DNA of 54,493 nt, from positions 1 through 54,493 of the forward strand of contig CAZJTX010000001.1 in assembly GCA_964549115.1 (NCBI GenBank), in the 5' to 3' direction. The notes under the pieces are model-generated. The model saw only the letters and a program-made list of their open reading frames with translations. It was not told where the DNA came from and did not search any database. Origin of the DNA: an uncultured Muribaculaceae bacterium (GTDB lineage Bacteria > Bacillota_I > Bacilli_A > RF39 > UBA660). Shown one piece after another: positions 38,898 through 49,910 of this stretch (positions within the stretch are counted from its first letter, which is position 1; each line of letters begins with the position of its first letter). Both the position numbers and the translations under genes were made by a program.

Positions 38898-39600
38898 TGT
38901 ATGCCTTAAATATATAATTTTTACTACTGCTGTCCAAGTATAGAGTGCCACTATTTTCTAGAATTTCATATATTTCATTATATTTATCCAACTTTTTTAT
39001 ATTTAATAAATTTATATGGACTGTGTTTTTATCATTCATCTTTAATATAAATCTCTCTGGGTCTAATATTGTACCATCTTTTTCATGAGGGGAATATTCT
39101 ATTTCACTTATTTTACTAATTATAGATTGATCTACTAAAGATAATTTATTGATTAATTCATCATATATAGTGTCGGGTGTATAATTTATTAAAATGGGTA
39201 CTCCCAAAAATATATCTTTATAGTCTTCTTCTTGTTTAGAATCTAAAACTATTTTTCTAGAATTAGCATTATAAAACAAAACTTTAGATTCTGTAATATC
39301 TATAACAATTCTCCCTGTAATTGTTTTTTTAACAGATACATCTTTTATTAAGGGCTCTTTTATTAATTTCTTTTTTATACTATTAGTAGACACTCTTAAA
39401 AAGTTAGGATAGTTATCTATATTAGCTTTTTTTAATACTTCGGTTGATTTTAATAAAGTTATACCTTTAACTTCTATACTCTTAACAGGCATTGTAATAA
39501 TCTTAGCCAGTACTACTCCCATTAAGTATATAGCTAATAATATAATTAAAAAACCTCTAAATCTTAATCTCTTTTTAGTTTTTTTCATAACTCTTCCCAC
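38884..39600 (-). CDS. divIB: Cell division protein DivIB/FtsQ
   Basis: Basic N-terminus, single TM segment, POTRA-like IKSIEVKGITLLKSTEVLK...IKDVSVKKTITGRIVIDITE. Lies downstream of murG-murB. Confidence 0.72.
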   Translation of the reverse strand: MGRVMKKTKKRLRFRGFLIILLAIYLMGVVLAKIITMPVKSIEVKGITLLKSTEVLKKANIDNYPNFLRVSTNSIKKKLIKEPLIKDVSVKKTITGRIVIDITESKVLFYNANSRKIVLDSKQEEDYKDIFLGVPILINYTPDTIYDELINKLSLVDQSIISKISEIEYSPHEKDGTILDPERFILKMNDKNTVHINLLNIKKLDKYNEIYEILENSGTLYLDSSSKNYIFKAYNDQL

Positions 39601-40451
39601 TTAATAATTTTATTTTCTAATACTAAGTCTATATTATAATTTTGTTTTACTTCTTTTTTTATTATATATATTAAATCTGTTATATCTTTACTTGTAGCCT
39701 TCTCTAAATTAACAATAAAGTTTGCATGCTTTGTACTAACCATTGCATCATTAATAGTTTTACCCTTTAAATTAGAATCCTCAATTAATTTACCAGCATA
39801 ATTATCTACTGGATTTCTAAAAGTAGATCCAGCATTTTTATATTCAAGAGGTTGAGATAATTTTCTTTTTTCTAAGTTTTCATTCATTATATTAATAGAC
39901 TCTTCTAAATTATCTTTTAATAGTTCAAATGAACCTTTTAAAATAATAGTATTTGTTAAATTAGTTTCTCTATATCCATATTTAATGTCATCTTTATTTA
40001 AAGTTAGCATTTCATTATCCTTTAATATAGTTACATTTTTCAAATAATGAAATGTATCAAAGTTATAAGCACCGGCATTACCGTATATAGCTCCGCCTAC
40101 TGTACCAGGTATTCCTGCAGCCCATATAAAATTAGTATATCCCTTATCTAATAAATGTTTATTCAAATGAGGCAGTAATACTCCGCCTTCTACTTCTAAA
40201 ACATTGTTATTAATAGTAATATTATTTAATTTTTTCAAAGTTATTAACACACCGTCAAAGTCATTATCTGGAAATATTATATTAGAGCCATTACCCACCA
40301 CAAAGTATTTAATATTGTTATCTTTATAATATTTTAAAGCGTCTTTTAAATCATTAAATGATGTTGGTTCATATAAATATTTAGCTATATTGCCTATACC
40401 TAACGTGTTATATTTTTTTAAACTTATGTTTTCTTCGGTGAAATACTTCAT
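39585..40451 (-). CDS. murB: UDP-N-acetylenolpyruvoylglucosamine reductase
   Basis: FAD-binding VVGNGSNIIF, GIPGTVGGAIYGNAGAYN and GSTFRNP motifs. Confidence 0.9.
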   Translation of the reverse strand: MKYFTEENISLKKYNTLGIGNIAKYLYEPTSFNDLKDALKYYKDNNIKYFVVGNGSNIIFPDNDFDGVLITLKKLNNITINNNVLEVEGGVLLPHLNKHLLDKGYTNFIWAAGIPGTVGGAIYGNAGAYNFDTFHYLKNVTILKDNEMLTLNKDDIKYGYRETNLTNTIILKGSFELLKDNLEESINIMNENLEKRKLSQPLEYKNAGSTFRNPVDNYAGKLIEDSNLKGKTINDAMVSTKHANFIVNLEKATSKDITDLIYIIKKEVKQNYNIDLVLENKIIKWEEL

Positions 40452-41539
40452 TTTTTTAATAACTCCATAATTTTGTTATATATTAAATCCGACGACGAAG
40501 TAGTGTTATGTTTCTTAAAATTACTTTTTATTGTTTTTAATTTGTTTTTATTATTTAAAATGTCTGTTATTTCTATTAAAAGTTTATCCACCGTTAACTT
40601 TTTTTCTTCTACAAGGGTTGATACACCTAAATTAACTAAATCAAGAGCATTATAATATTGATGATTATTAGCCACGTATGGTGAAGGTATTAATATACTT
40701 GGTAACTCTAATGCTAATATCTCACTAATAGTTGATGCTCCAGCTCTTGAAATTATTAAGTCAGCTTCTTTCATTAATCCGGGTAGATTTTCTAAATAAG
40801 GTAAAACTTTTACATTGCTTGGAGCCTTAAAATCTTTTATAAAGTTATCATAATGATTTTTCCCAGTTATATATAATAATTCAAACTCTTCATTTTCGCT
40901 TAATTCTAAAAACATTTTAAACTTTTCATTTAAAGTATTACTGCCTAAAGAACCCGCTACTACTATTATTAATTTTTTGTTTTTAGTAAATCCAAGTGTT
41001 TCTTTTTTTATAACAGGTGTTTCTTTAGCGTTGCTTTCACAAGGATTGCCTGAATAAAACACTTCTTTAGCTCCCCTAAAATGGACTTTACTATTTTTAA
41101 AAGATATACCTACTAAGTCTATTCCTCTTGCTAAGTATTTATTAGTCTTACCAGGTATACTATTTTGTTCATGTATAAATGTTTTCACTTTTCTTGTTTT
41201 TGCAGCTTTTAAAACAGGATAAGTTACATACCCACCCGCTCCAATAACAACATCTGGTTTGAAGTCATCTATTATTTTCAAACATTCTTTATAAGCTTTT
41301 TTAATAAAAAATATGTTCTTGATATTTCTTTTAAAATTAGTTTTACTAAAACCATGTATTTTAATAGGTATATATTTTATATTGTGTTTAGGAATAATAT
41401 CTTTTTCCATTCTAGTTTCTGTACCTATATATAATACATTTAAATCTTTTTCTTTTTCTTTAAATTTATTTATGATAGCTAAGGCTGGATAAATATGTCC
41501 TCCAGTGCCTCCCGCTGTAACAATAATATTCATATACAC
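40448..41539 (-). CDS. murG: Lipid II synthase MurG (UDP-GlcNAc transferase)
   Basis: AGGTGGHIYPALAI N-terminus, GGYV motif, C-terminal RAGASTISE. Confidence 0.9.
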   Translation of the reverse strand: MYMNIIVTAGGTGGHIYPALAIINKFKEKEKDLNVLYIGTETRMEKDIIPKHNIKYIPIKIHGFSKTNFKRNIKNIFFIKKAYKECLKIIDDFKPDVVIGAGGYVTYPVLKAAKTRKVKTFIHEQNSIPGKTNKYLARGIDLVGISFKNSKVHFRGAKEVFYSGNPCESNAKETPVIKKETLGFTKNKKLIIVVAGSLGSNTLNEKFKMFLELSENEEFELLYITGKNHYDNFIKDFKAPSNVKVLPYLENLPGLMKEADLIISRAGASTISEILALELPSILIPSPYVANNHQYYNALDLVNLGVSTLVEEKKLTVDKLLIEITDILNNKNKLKTIKSNFKKHNTTSSSDLIYNKIMELLKK

Positions 41540-41557
41540 CTACTTTTATATATTATA

Positions 41558-42655
41558 CTACATTAATTTAAGTAGTATCTCATTCATTAAATACATTTTC
41601 TTTGGGTTTATGTAAATATAACCCTCTTTAATTATTAAATCTTTTGACTTTAACAAATTATCTATATTATATTCATCTTCTAATTTAACATTGTACTTAT
41701 ATTCAAAATCCAATAAATTTATACCTTTAGTTTTTCTAAATCCTAGCATTAAATGATAATCCATTATTTCTTGTTTAGAAAGTATATTCTTTTCACTTAT
41801 AAATTCTTTTTCTAAATACTTAGTTATGTTTTTAGTGTTTTCATATCTTACTCCAGAAAAGTACCCTGCTGCACTTAATCCAAATCCATAATATTCTTCA
41901 TTGTTCCAGTAAACCATATTATGCTTAGATTCATAATTTGGTTTTGAAAAATTACTTAACTCATAATGATTATATCCATTATTTTTTAATGTTTTAACAA
42001 TAGTCTTATACATCTTGTAATCTAAATCATCATCTATAGGTTTAATATTTTCTTTTTTTAATATAGTGTTGTCTTCAATTATTAAACTATATGTACTTAT
42101 ATGTTCTGGATTTAACTTTATAAATTGATTTAAATCTTTTCTGAGATTACTTATTGACTCACCCTTTACTGCATACATTAAGTCTAAATTAATATTATTA
42201 AAACCAAGGTCCCGCGCTAGTTTTATTTTAGATTTAACATCTTTAAAATCGGCTTCTCTTCCTAATGTTTGAAGTTTATCTTTATTAAATGATTGAACTC
42301 CTATACTAAGTCTATTTACTTTATTTTTCTTTAAAAGTAACAATAACTCTTCTCTTATATCAGAAATATTACACTCAAAAGTAAATTCATAATAATTATC
42401 TAACTTAAACTTATTTAATATTTTAAATAGTTTTTCTAAATTAGATATAGATAACGAACTTGGGGTACCCCCACCTACATAAAGAGTAGTAATTTTATTA
42501 TCCCAAATAAACTCTTTGATTTCTTTATCAAGAGCATCCAAATATAAAGAAACCAGATCTTCTTGGTAATATATTTTAGAGAAATTACAATAAGTACATA
42601 TTTCTTTGCAAAATGGAATATGAATATAAACAGATTTAACATCTATATTATTCAT
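41558..42655 (-). CDS. hemW: Radical SAM heme chaperone HemW (HemN-like, oxygen-independent coproporphyrinogen oxidase family)
   Basis: [16 protein letters not shown] radical-SAM CxxxCxxC motif, GGGTPS motif. lepA-hemW synteny is conserved in Firmicutes. Confidence 0.85.
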   Translation of the reverse strand: MNNIDVKSVYIHIPFCKEICTYCNFSKIYYQEDLVSLYLDALDKEIKEFIWDNKITTLYVGGGTPSSLSISNLEKLFKILNKFKLDNYYEFTFECNISDIREELLLLLKKNKVNRLSIGVQSFNKDKLQTLGREADFKDVKSKIKLARDLGFNNINLDLMYAVKGESISNLRKDLNQFIKLNPEHISTYSLIIEDNTILKKENIKPIDDDLDYKMYKTIVKTLKNNGYNHYELSNFSKPNYESKHNMVYWNNEEYYGFGLSAAGYFSGVRYENTKNITKYLEKEFISEKNILSKQEIMDYHLMLGFRKTKGINLLDFEYKYNVKLEDEYNIDNLLKSKDLIIKEGYIYINPKKMYLMNEILLKLM

Positions 42656-44429
42656 TTTTTAAAACCTCTAAGAAAACTTCACTAGGAACTTCAACACTTC
42701 CTACCATTTTCATTTTCTTTTTACCTTCTTTTTGTTTTTCTAATAATTTTCTTTTTCTGGATACGTCCCCACCATAACATTTAGCTAAAACATTTTTTCT
42801 TAAAGCTGATATGTTTTCTCTTGCTATTATTTTAGATCCTAAACTTGCTTGAATAGGTATTTGAAACATTTGTCGTGGTATTAATTTTCTTAATTTCTCG
42901 GTAATTAGTTTTCCTTTTTCATACGCAAAATCTTTATGTACTATAACAGATAATGCATCTACTATTTCTCCATTTAAAAGTATATCCATTTTAACTAAGT
43001 TACTTTCTTTATAACTTGATATATCATAATCAAATGAAGCATACCCTTTTGTATAACTTTTTAATTTATCATAAAAGTCATATACAATTTCAGATAAGGG
43101 TATTTCATAATGTATATTAACCCTAGATTCATCTATATATCCAGTATTTTTATATGTACCCCTTTTTTCTTGACATAACTCCATTATAGGACCTATATAC
43201 TCAGCAGGTGAGATTATACTTGTTTGGATATAAGGTTCCTCTATTCGCTCAATTTTGACCTTATCAGGCATCTTATTGGGAGCATCAATCTCAATCATAG
43301 TATCGTCTGTTAAATATATATGATATATAACACTTGGACTAGTTGCGATTACATTTAAATTGAATTCTCTTTCTAATCTAGTTATTATTATATCCATATG
43401 AAGAAGTCCTAAAAATCCCATTCTAAATCCAAATCCTAAAGCATCAGATTTCTCAATCTCATAAGTTAAAGAAGAATCATTTAACTTTAATTTTTCTAAA
43501 GCCTTTTTAAGGTCATCATATTTATTAATTTCAGTTGGATAAATGCCCGAGAATACCATTGGTTTCATTTCTTTATAACCCGGTAAGGCCTCAGTTGCCT
43601 CATTTCTTAGTGTAGTAACTGTATCTCCTACTGCTACTTCTGATATATCTTTTATAGATGCAGTAATGTATCCAACACTACCACTTTCTAACATTTTTAC
43701 TTCTTCTTGTTTTGGGGTAAAATACCCAACCTCAGTTACTTGGAACTCTGTGCCTAAGTTTATTAATTTTATTGTGTCGTCTTTTTTAATTATTCCTTCT
43801 TCAACTTTAACAAGTAATGTAGCGCCTTTATAAGTATCAAAATAACTATCAAATATTAATGCTTGAGTTTTATTTTCATTATTATGCTTTGGTGCAGGTA
43901 CTTTATTAATTATTGCATCTAATAAATCAGATACTCCTTCACCTGTTTTTCCACTTACTAATATAATATCTTCTTCTTTAAAGCCTAATACTTTAATTAA
44001 TTCTTCTTTTACTTTTGGTATATTTGCATTAGGTAAATCTATTTTATTAATAACCGGTATTAATACTAAGTCACTTTCAATAGCTAAATATAAATTAGCT
44101 AACGTTTGGGCTTCTATACCTTGAGCTGCATCCACGACTAAAATAGCACCTTCACAGGCTGCTAAACTCCTTGATACTTCATAAGAAAAATCAACATGAC
44201 CTGGTGTATCTATTAAATTAAGTACATAATCTTTATAATTTAATCTAACTGCGTTTAATTTAATCGTAATACCGCGTTCTTGTTCTAAGTCCATATTATC
44301 TAAAAATTGACTTCTTTTTTCTCTATCAGATACTGCATTAGTCAATTCTAAAATACGATCAGCTAGAGTACTCTTTCCGTGATCGATATGTGCAATAATT
44401 GAAAAGTTTCTAATTAGTGATTCATCCAT
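42648..44429 (-). CDS. lepA: Elongation factor 4
   Basis: [32 protein letters not shown] and the LepA-specific C-terminal domain. Confidence 0.97.
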   Translation of the reverse strand: MDESLIRNFSIIAHIDHGKSTLADRILELTNAVSDREKRSQFLDNMDLEQERGITIKLNAVRLNYKDYVLNLIDTPGHVDFSYEVSRSLAACEGAILVVDAAQGIEAQTLANLYLAIESDLVLIPVINKIDLPNANIPKVKEELIKVLGFKEEDIILVSGKTGEGVSDLLDAIINKVPAPKHNNENKTQALIFDSYFDTYKGATLLVKVEEGIIKKDDTIKLINLGTEFQVTEVGYFTPKQEEVKMLESGSVGYITASIKDISEVAVGDTVTTLRNEATEALPGYKEMKPMVFSGIYPTEINKYDDLKKALEKLKLNDSSLTYEIEKSDALGFGFRMGFLGLLHMDIIITRLEREFNLNVIATSPSVIYHIYLTDDTMIEIDAPNKMPDKVKIERIEEPYIQTSIISPAEYIGPIMELCQEKRGTYKNTGYIDESRVNIHYEIPLSEIVYDFYDKLKSYTKGYASFDYDISSYKESNLVKMDILLNGEIVDALSVIVHKDFAYEKGKLITEKLRKLIPRQMFQIPIQASLGSKIIARENISALRKNVLAKCYGGDVSRKRKLLEKQKEGKKKMKMVGSVEVPSEVFLEVLKNE

Positions 44430-44470
44430 TCATAACACCACTAGTATTATACTATATTTATCGGTATCTT

Positions 44471-44498
44471 AAAAGAAAAGACAACTTGTAGTTGTCTT
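44471..44498 (-). terminator. Hairpin terminator downstream of the 532-aa gene
   Basis: Minus strand reads AAGACAAC-TACAA-GTTGTCTT followed by TTCTTTT. Confidence 0.5.
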
Positions 44499-44500
44499 AT

Positions 44501-46099
44501 TTATTCTATTATTGGAACGTATGGATTGTTATATAGTCCATTACCCGTAACCATTAAATCTGGTTTTAAAGATATAACCGGTCTTATACCATAAGAATCT
44601 TGAATTGAATTACTATAAACGTGCCCCCCCGTAAATACATATAATGCATATGAGGTTGAAGTTGTAGTTTGATATGGTGCGGATAACCAATAATTTTGAT
44701 TTGTATTTAAATAATAATTGTTATTACCTGTATTAAATTTACCTCCCGCCATCATTACTTCATCTGCGGTTAATAAACCTACTGGATTAGCTAATTTAGC
44801 ATTTCCTTTTACTGAATCACTCTTGGTATACGCATCTTCTTTATTAGGGCACTTTAAGGTGGGATTTTTTTGAGTATTCAATCTAACATAAGTTCCATAA
44901 TACCAAGTACCGCTTGATGGTAACCCCATAGCTGCAACTGGAGTAACTCCGTTTGTACTTAAGAATGATGTTTTATCATTACACATAATAACATCTTGTA
45001 AATATTCTTCATATGGTTTTAATTTACTATTATACCAACTATCTATAGATACTTTAATTATACTCTCTGATGTATACCCTCTATGTTTACCCACTTCATA
45101 TGTATAACCAACATATTCAGCTTTATTTATTAATGAGTGATATGCACTCGTACCTATTTGGGTCCCTGTTCCTTCCATTATAACGGCTTGTCCACTCGTT
45201 GGAGCAGTAGTACCACTATATATTAATTTAACTGAATAATCTCCATTTATTTTAACGATTCTCCACCATATATCTTTAGTACCATCTTTTCCAAACTTCA
45301 CCCAGTTGTTATTAACTGCTCCTCTAAAATAATAACTTGTTCCATAATCATCTTCAGTAGGAAACATTCCTTCATTAGTCGTAGCAACAGCATTAAAGTT
45401 AGGAGTAGATCTTCCTTCTATATAAGACGCTCCACCTTTATCTGATAATATTGTTTCGTAAAATCTAGGTAATTGATATGCTTCCATTACTAAATTAGCT
45501 TCTAAATCTTTATTTTGATTTTGATGTTGCAAAGTATCTAAGTTTATAAAAGATACCGTAGCTGTCCATATATGAGTTGTTCCAGTAGTACTAGAATTGG
45601 TTGTTATTTCTTGTTTTCTTTTTACCGGAATTTTACCTCTATATTCAGTTATGTCAAAACCAGATATACCATCTATTGTTACATAATTAAATCCTACTAT
45701 ATTAGTAATGGGTTGATTGTTATGATCAGTTATAGTTAATAATATTTCAGGTTTTTTACTTTGTGTCGTATATATATATTCATTTTCCACAATATCAAAA
45801 TAAACATCATAATCTTTTGTAGCGGTGTTAGTGTTATCATTTGCAATTAATGTAACTTGAGATGACGTTGTAGATGAAAGATTACCTCCCCCAACGGGTA
45901 AATTAAATTGATGAACTTCTAAATGTATTGGATCTCCTTCGGTAAATTTTAATTCATCTAATGTACTACTACTAACTTTGACGCTTGTTTTAGCTTCAGT
46001 TTGTATATCTAACATAAAATAAGCATAAGAAATAGAAAGTACTATTATTAAACTTCCTATAATTGATAAAAGAATAAATCTAGTCTTATTACTTATCAT
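44501..46099 (-). CDS. Putative secreted/surface protein, 532 aa (intact member of a tandem paralog pair)
   Basis: N-terminal anchor/signal ...LSISYAYFMLD, a Thr/Ser-rich beta-like region, a YYFRGAVNNNWVKFGK...WWRIVKINGD block, and a C-terminal NYWLSAP...GIRPVISL module. Paralogous to 46152-47741 along its full length. Confidence 0.7.
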   Translation of the reverse strand: MISNKTRFILLSIIGSLIIVLSISYAYFMLDIQTEAKTSVKVSSSTLDELKFTEGDPIHLEVHQFNLPVGGGNLSSTTSSQVTLIANDNTNTATKDYDVYFDIVENEYIYTTQSKKPEILLTITDHNNQPITNIVGFNYVTIDGISGFDITEYRGKIPVKRKQEITTNSSTTGTTHIWTATVSFINLDTLQHQNQNKDLEANLVMEAYQLPRFYETILSDKGGASYIEGRSTPNFNAVATTNEGMFPTEDDYGTSYYFRGAVNNNWVKFGKDGTKDIWWRIVKINGDYSVKLIYSGTTAPTSGQAVIMEGTGTQIGTSAYHSLINKAEYVGYTYEVGKHRGYTSESIIKVSIDSWYNSKLKPYEEYLQDVIMCNDKTSFLSTNGVTPVAAMGLPSSGTWYYGTYVRLNTQKNPTLKCPNKEDAYTKSDSVKGNAKLANPVGLLTADEVMMAGGKFNTGNNNYYLNTNQNYWLSAPYQTTTSTSYALYVFTGGHVYSNSIQDSYGIRPVISLKPDLMVTGNGLYNNPYVPIIE

Positions 46100-46151
46100 A
46101 TTTTATACCATATTAATTATATCATAACTTGTTTTACTTTATTATATATTT

Positions 46152-47741
46152 TTACATGTCAACTATATAAGGATCATTCCAATGTCCCGTTCCTGATACA
46201 GAAAGATCTGATGATAGAGAAATAACGGGACGAACGCCTGAAACAGCAACATTCAGAAAAAACAAGTTCAAAGCACCGGACGAATTTACGATAAATCCGA
46301 AAGCTTGAGAATCGTTCACAAGGCTCGGCGAAACCAACCAATAATTATTATTTATATATAAATAATAATTTTGATTAGTTGTCGTTCCATGGCCTCCTGC
46401 CAGAATTACTTCGTCTGCTGTCAATAGGCCTATTGGGTATGTTAGTTGCCCATTTCCTGCTTCGGTATCTGACACTGTATACGCATCTTCTTTATCAGGG
46501 CATGTTAATTGAGGCTTATTATTTGTATATAGTCTATGCTACACATCTGAAAACTTTATTGTGTCTGGTAGGTTTATTGGTATCCATTCGTCTGTGATAA
46601 AGCTCCTATCATTACACACTACAAAGTCACTTAGGTAGTCTTCATAGTCTTGCAAGTTTTCTTCATACCAGTTATCTATATTTTTTTTTATTACACTATT
46701 TGTAGAATGACCTCTATGTTCATTTAAGGTATACATATAACCTATGTATTCGCCTCTATGATCTGGTGAGTTAAAATAATATTTTCCTATTTGAGTTTTT
46801 GTTCCTGTCATTACTACTTTTTGTGCGTCTGTTGGGGCCTCTGTTCCTGTGTATATTAGTTTTACCGACCCATCACCATTTATTCTAACTATTCTCCACC
46901 ATATATCATTGTCGTCTTCTTTTCCAAATTTGACCCAATTATTATCTACAGCTCCTCTAAAGTAATAACTCATTCCATAATCATCTTCTATAGCATACAT
47001 ACCTTCATTTGTGGTAGATATAATATCTAGCGCATGCGACTTTTGTTCTATAGATTCTTTGCTACCGTTATTAGCCAAAAGAGTTTCTTTAAAGGTTGAC
47101 TTATATTTTTTTATTATCAAGTTCGCACTCATGGTTTTTCCTTCTATGGCACTTTGGTCTTTACCATCTAAATTAATGAAAGTTATTGTTGATGTCCATA
47201 TATGAGTAGTGCCTGTCGTTGACGAAGTAGTAGTTATTTCTTGTTTGCTTTTTAAAACTATTTCTCCTTCATATTCAGTTATGTCGAAACCCGATACTCC
47301 TCCTTGGTTAACATAAGTTAGCCCGGGTACTGAAGTAACGTTATTGTTATTTTGATCTTTTATAGTCAGTATTATTTCTGGTGTCTTTTCAAGAGTTGTG
47401 TAAAAAAAACCGTTTTCTTCTATATAAAAAACAACATCATAATATTTAGTAGCTTCGTTTGTTGTATTATTTGCTACTAAGGTAACTGATGAAGTTGTAC
47501 TTCCCGTTAAATTTCCTTTACTTATCCCTAGTGTGGAACTATCCACCGTTAGACCAATTGGAGTACCCTGTTCAAAGTCCATCTTATCAAGAGAACCACT
47601 TACAATGTCTACCTTTGTTGTTGCAGCTTTGCCAATATGAGGTGCCATATAAGCATAAGTAAGAGACAAGGCTATTATTAATATCCCTATTATACTTAGT
47701 ATGGTTATTTTAGATTTTCTTGAAACGTTAATATTTGCCAC
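46152..47741 (-). pseudogene. Paralog of the 532-aa surface protein, interrupted by one in-frame TAG (46539-46541)
   Basis: ORFs 46539..47741 and 46152..46475 are in the same frame (66 nt, or 22 codons, between the TAG and the downstream ATG). The intervening codons translate as HRLYTNNKPQLTCPDKEDAYT, colinear with YVRLNTQKNPTLKCPNKEDAYT of the intact paralog. Confidence 0.65.
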
Positions 47742-47789
47742 CTACTTTTATTATATATAGTTTAACATTAAAGCAAGGTTAGTTCTAGG

Positions 47790-49016
47790 TTAATTCTTTT
47801 CTTTATACATTCTGATTAATTCTTTTATATTAAGTTTAATTCCATAATTTAATATTGCATTTTTATAAATTCTTATAGATAAATACGCCATTAAAATAAT
47901 TGACAAAGTTAATATAATAACCGATGAAATTATAGTTAATAAATTAACATTACTTGATAAATAACTTCCCGGGGCCATAAACGGAGAAGTAAATGGTATA
48001 TACAACAATATTTTAGTAACGCTATCAGCTTGAAATGTTGGCATTAATACTGATAAGTAATATGATATAAACAAAAGCATTGATACAACGCTATTAACTG
48101 ATTGCAGCTCTTCTACTTTATTAACAAACGATCCAACAAGTGAGAATAAAAATGCATAAAATAAGAAACCTAATGTGAAAAATGTTAAAAATGTAAATAT
48201 TAATTTAAAATTAAATATTATTCCACTAAACATTGATGCAAATAAGTTTGCTGGGAAAAACGCTTTATAAGATATAAATGCAGTTAGTATCATTATAATT
48301 AATTGTGTAAATCCTACTAAACCAATTCCTAATGTTTTACCTATTACTATATATTTAGCTTTAGTTGAAGTAATTAGATTATCAATTATCTTAGATGTTT
48401 TTTCTGTAGTAATAGCGGTCGATACTTGATATGAAGAATAATATATAAAAAAGAATAAAAGAATTGATATTATGACTGATATACCCACTTCTTTTTCCGA
48501 TGATGATTTATTAAATTCTTTAACATCATACATAATCGGGGTATTAATATAACTTATTTCTTTTTCACTTAAACCCTTTTCTTCTAATTTTATTTGTTGA
48601 TATATCATATTCATTAAATCCATATCAACGTGTAAATAACCTTCTAGATTCAGTTTATCAACATAATATATCGACTTTAATTCATTTTCATCTTTATAAA
48701 AATATATCGAAGCACTATAATCGTTTTCTACTAACTTTTGGATTTCTTTTTCTGAATAATCTTTATTTTTTATTTTGTACTTAGTATTTTTATCCATTTC
48801 ATTTAACATAGTTAATTTATCTTGAAAAACATTATCTTTATCTATTATTAATATTTCAGATTGAGCTGAGATATCTGTTTTAAATAATTTTAATATATTA
48901 GGTATATTAAAACCTATAACTATCATAGATAACATTATTACAAAAGATATTATAAAAGCTTTTTTCTTTATAGTCTCAAGAGCAGTAAATTTTGAAATTA
49001 CAAATATATCTTTCAT
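47790..49016 (-). CDS. ABC-2 type transporter permease (NatB-like)
   Basis: One N-terminal TM segment, a large extracytoplasmic loop, then about five TM segments. Translationally coupled (4-nt overlap) to the upstream ATPase gene. Confidence 0.75.
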   Translation of the reverse strand: MKDIFVISKFTALETIKKKAFIISFVIMLSMIVIGFNIPNILKLFKTDISAQSEILIIDKDNVFQDKLTMLNEMDKNTKYKIKNKDYSEKEIQKLVENDYSASIYFYKDENELKSIYYVDKLNLEGYLHVDMDLMNMIYQQIKLEEKGLSEKEISYINTPIMYDVKEFNKSSSEKEVGISVIISILLFFFIYYSSYQVSTAITTEKTSKIIDNLITSTKAKYIVIGKTLGIGLVGFTQLIIMILTAFISYKAFFPANLFASMFSGIIFNFKLIFTFLTFFTLGFLFYAFLFSLVGSFVNKVEELQSVNSVVSMLLFISYYLSVLMPTFQADSVTKILLYIPFTSPFMAPGSYLSSNVNLLTIISSVIILTLSIILMAYLSIRIYKNAILNYGIKLNIKELIRMYKEKN

Positions 49017-49903
49017 TGTTTACCTCCTACCTTTTCTATAAAGATTTCATTTAAAGTAGGTTTTTTTAATTCATATTTAATAATTTTAACTTTTTCTTTA
49101 ATTAAAGTCTTCAACATTTTTTCTCCTTCTAATTCATCTGTTATATTTATTAAATATATATTAGATCCCCTTATTTCCTTCTTATCTAAATCTAATAATT
49201 TAGATACATCTTTATCAGTCTCTAAATACAAATGATTAGCCTTATAAGAGTTTCTTATTTCAGATAAGTTACCCTGTAAAACTGTTTTACCGCGGTCAAG
49301 TATTAATAAATCATCTACTAATTCTTCTACATCACTCATTTGATGTGATGATAATATTATATATTTTCCTTCATTTTTCAAATCTAAAACTATATCTTTT
49401 AGTAATTTATTATTAACTGGATCTAATCCTGAAAAAGGTTCATCTAAAAATATAATATCTGGTTTATTTAATAATGATAATATAAACTGAACTTTTTGAG
49501 CATTACCTTTAGATAACTTTTCTGGAGTATAGTTTTTATACTCAGTTATTTCTAACTTCTCTAACCAGTAGTTAATATCTTTTTCAGCTTCTTTTTTATT
49601 TATTCCTTTTAAATTAGAAAAATACATTAACTGATTATATATAGTAGTCTTAGGATATAATCCTCTTTCTTCTGGTAAGTAACCAATTTTAAATTTAGAT
49701 TCTTCTAAATTTTTTCCGTTTAATAAAACTTTACCACTATTTTTTTTAATAATGTTTAGAATCATTCTAATGGATGTTGTCTTTCCCGCACCATTGGTTC
49801 CTAAAAAACCAAATATAGTTGGTTTATCCATTGTGAAGGATACATTATCCACAACTAATTTTTCACCGTATCTTTTAGATAAATTTTCTACAACTAATTT
49901 CAT
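49013..49903 (-). CDS. ABC transporter ATP-binding protein (NatA/ABC-2 type)
   Basis: Walker A GTNGAGKTT, signature LSKGNAQK, Walker B IIFLDEPFSGLD. Confidence 0.9.
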   Translation of the reverse strand: MKLVVENLSKRYGEKLVVDNVSFTMDKPTIFGFLGTNGAGKTTSIRMILNIIKKNSGKVLLNGKNLEESKFKIGYLPEERGLYPKTTIYNQLMYFSNLKGINKKEAEKDINYWLEKLEITEYKNYTPEKLSKGNAQKVQFILSLLNKPDIIFLDEPFSGLDPVNNKLLKDIVLDLKNEGKYIILSSHQMSDVEELVDDLLILDRGKTVLQGNLSEIRNSYKANHLYLETDKDVSKLLDLDKKEIRGSNIYLINITDELEGEKMLKTLIKEKVKIIKYELKKPTLNEIFIEKVGGKQ

Positions 49904-49910
49904 ATACCTC

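Noticed and set aside
46379-46597. 72-aa plus-strand ORF across the TAG-interrupted region
   Set aside because: It is antisense to sequence that is colinear with the intact paralog, so the homology explains the region better.
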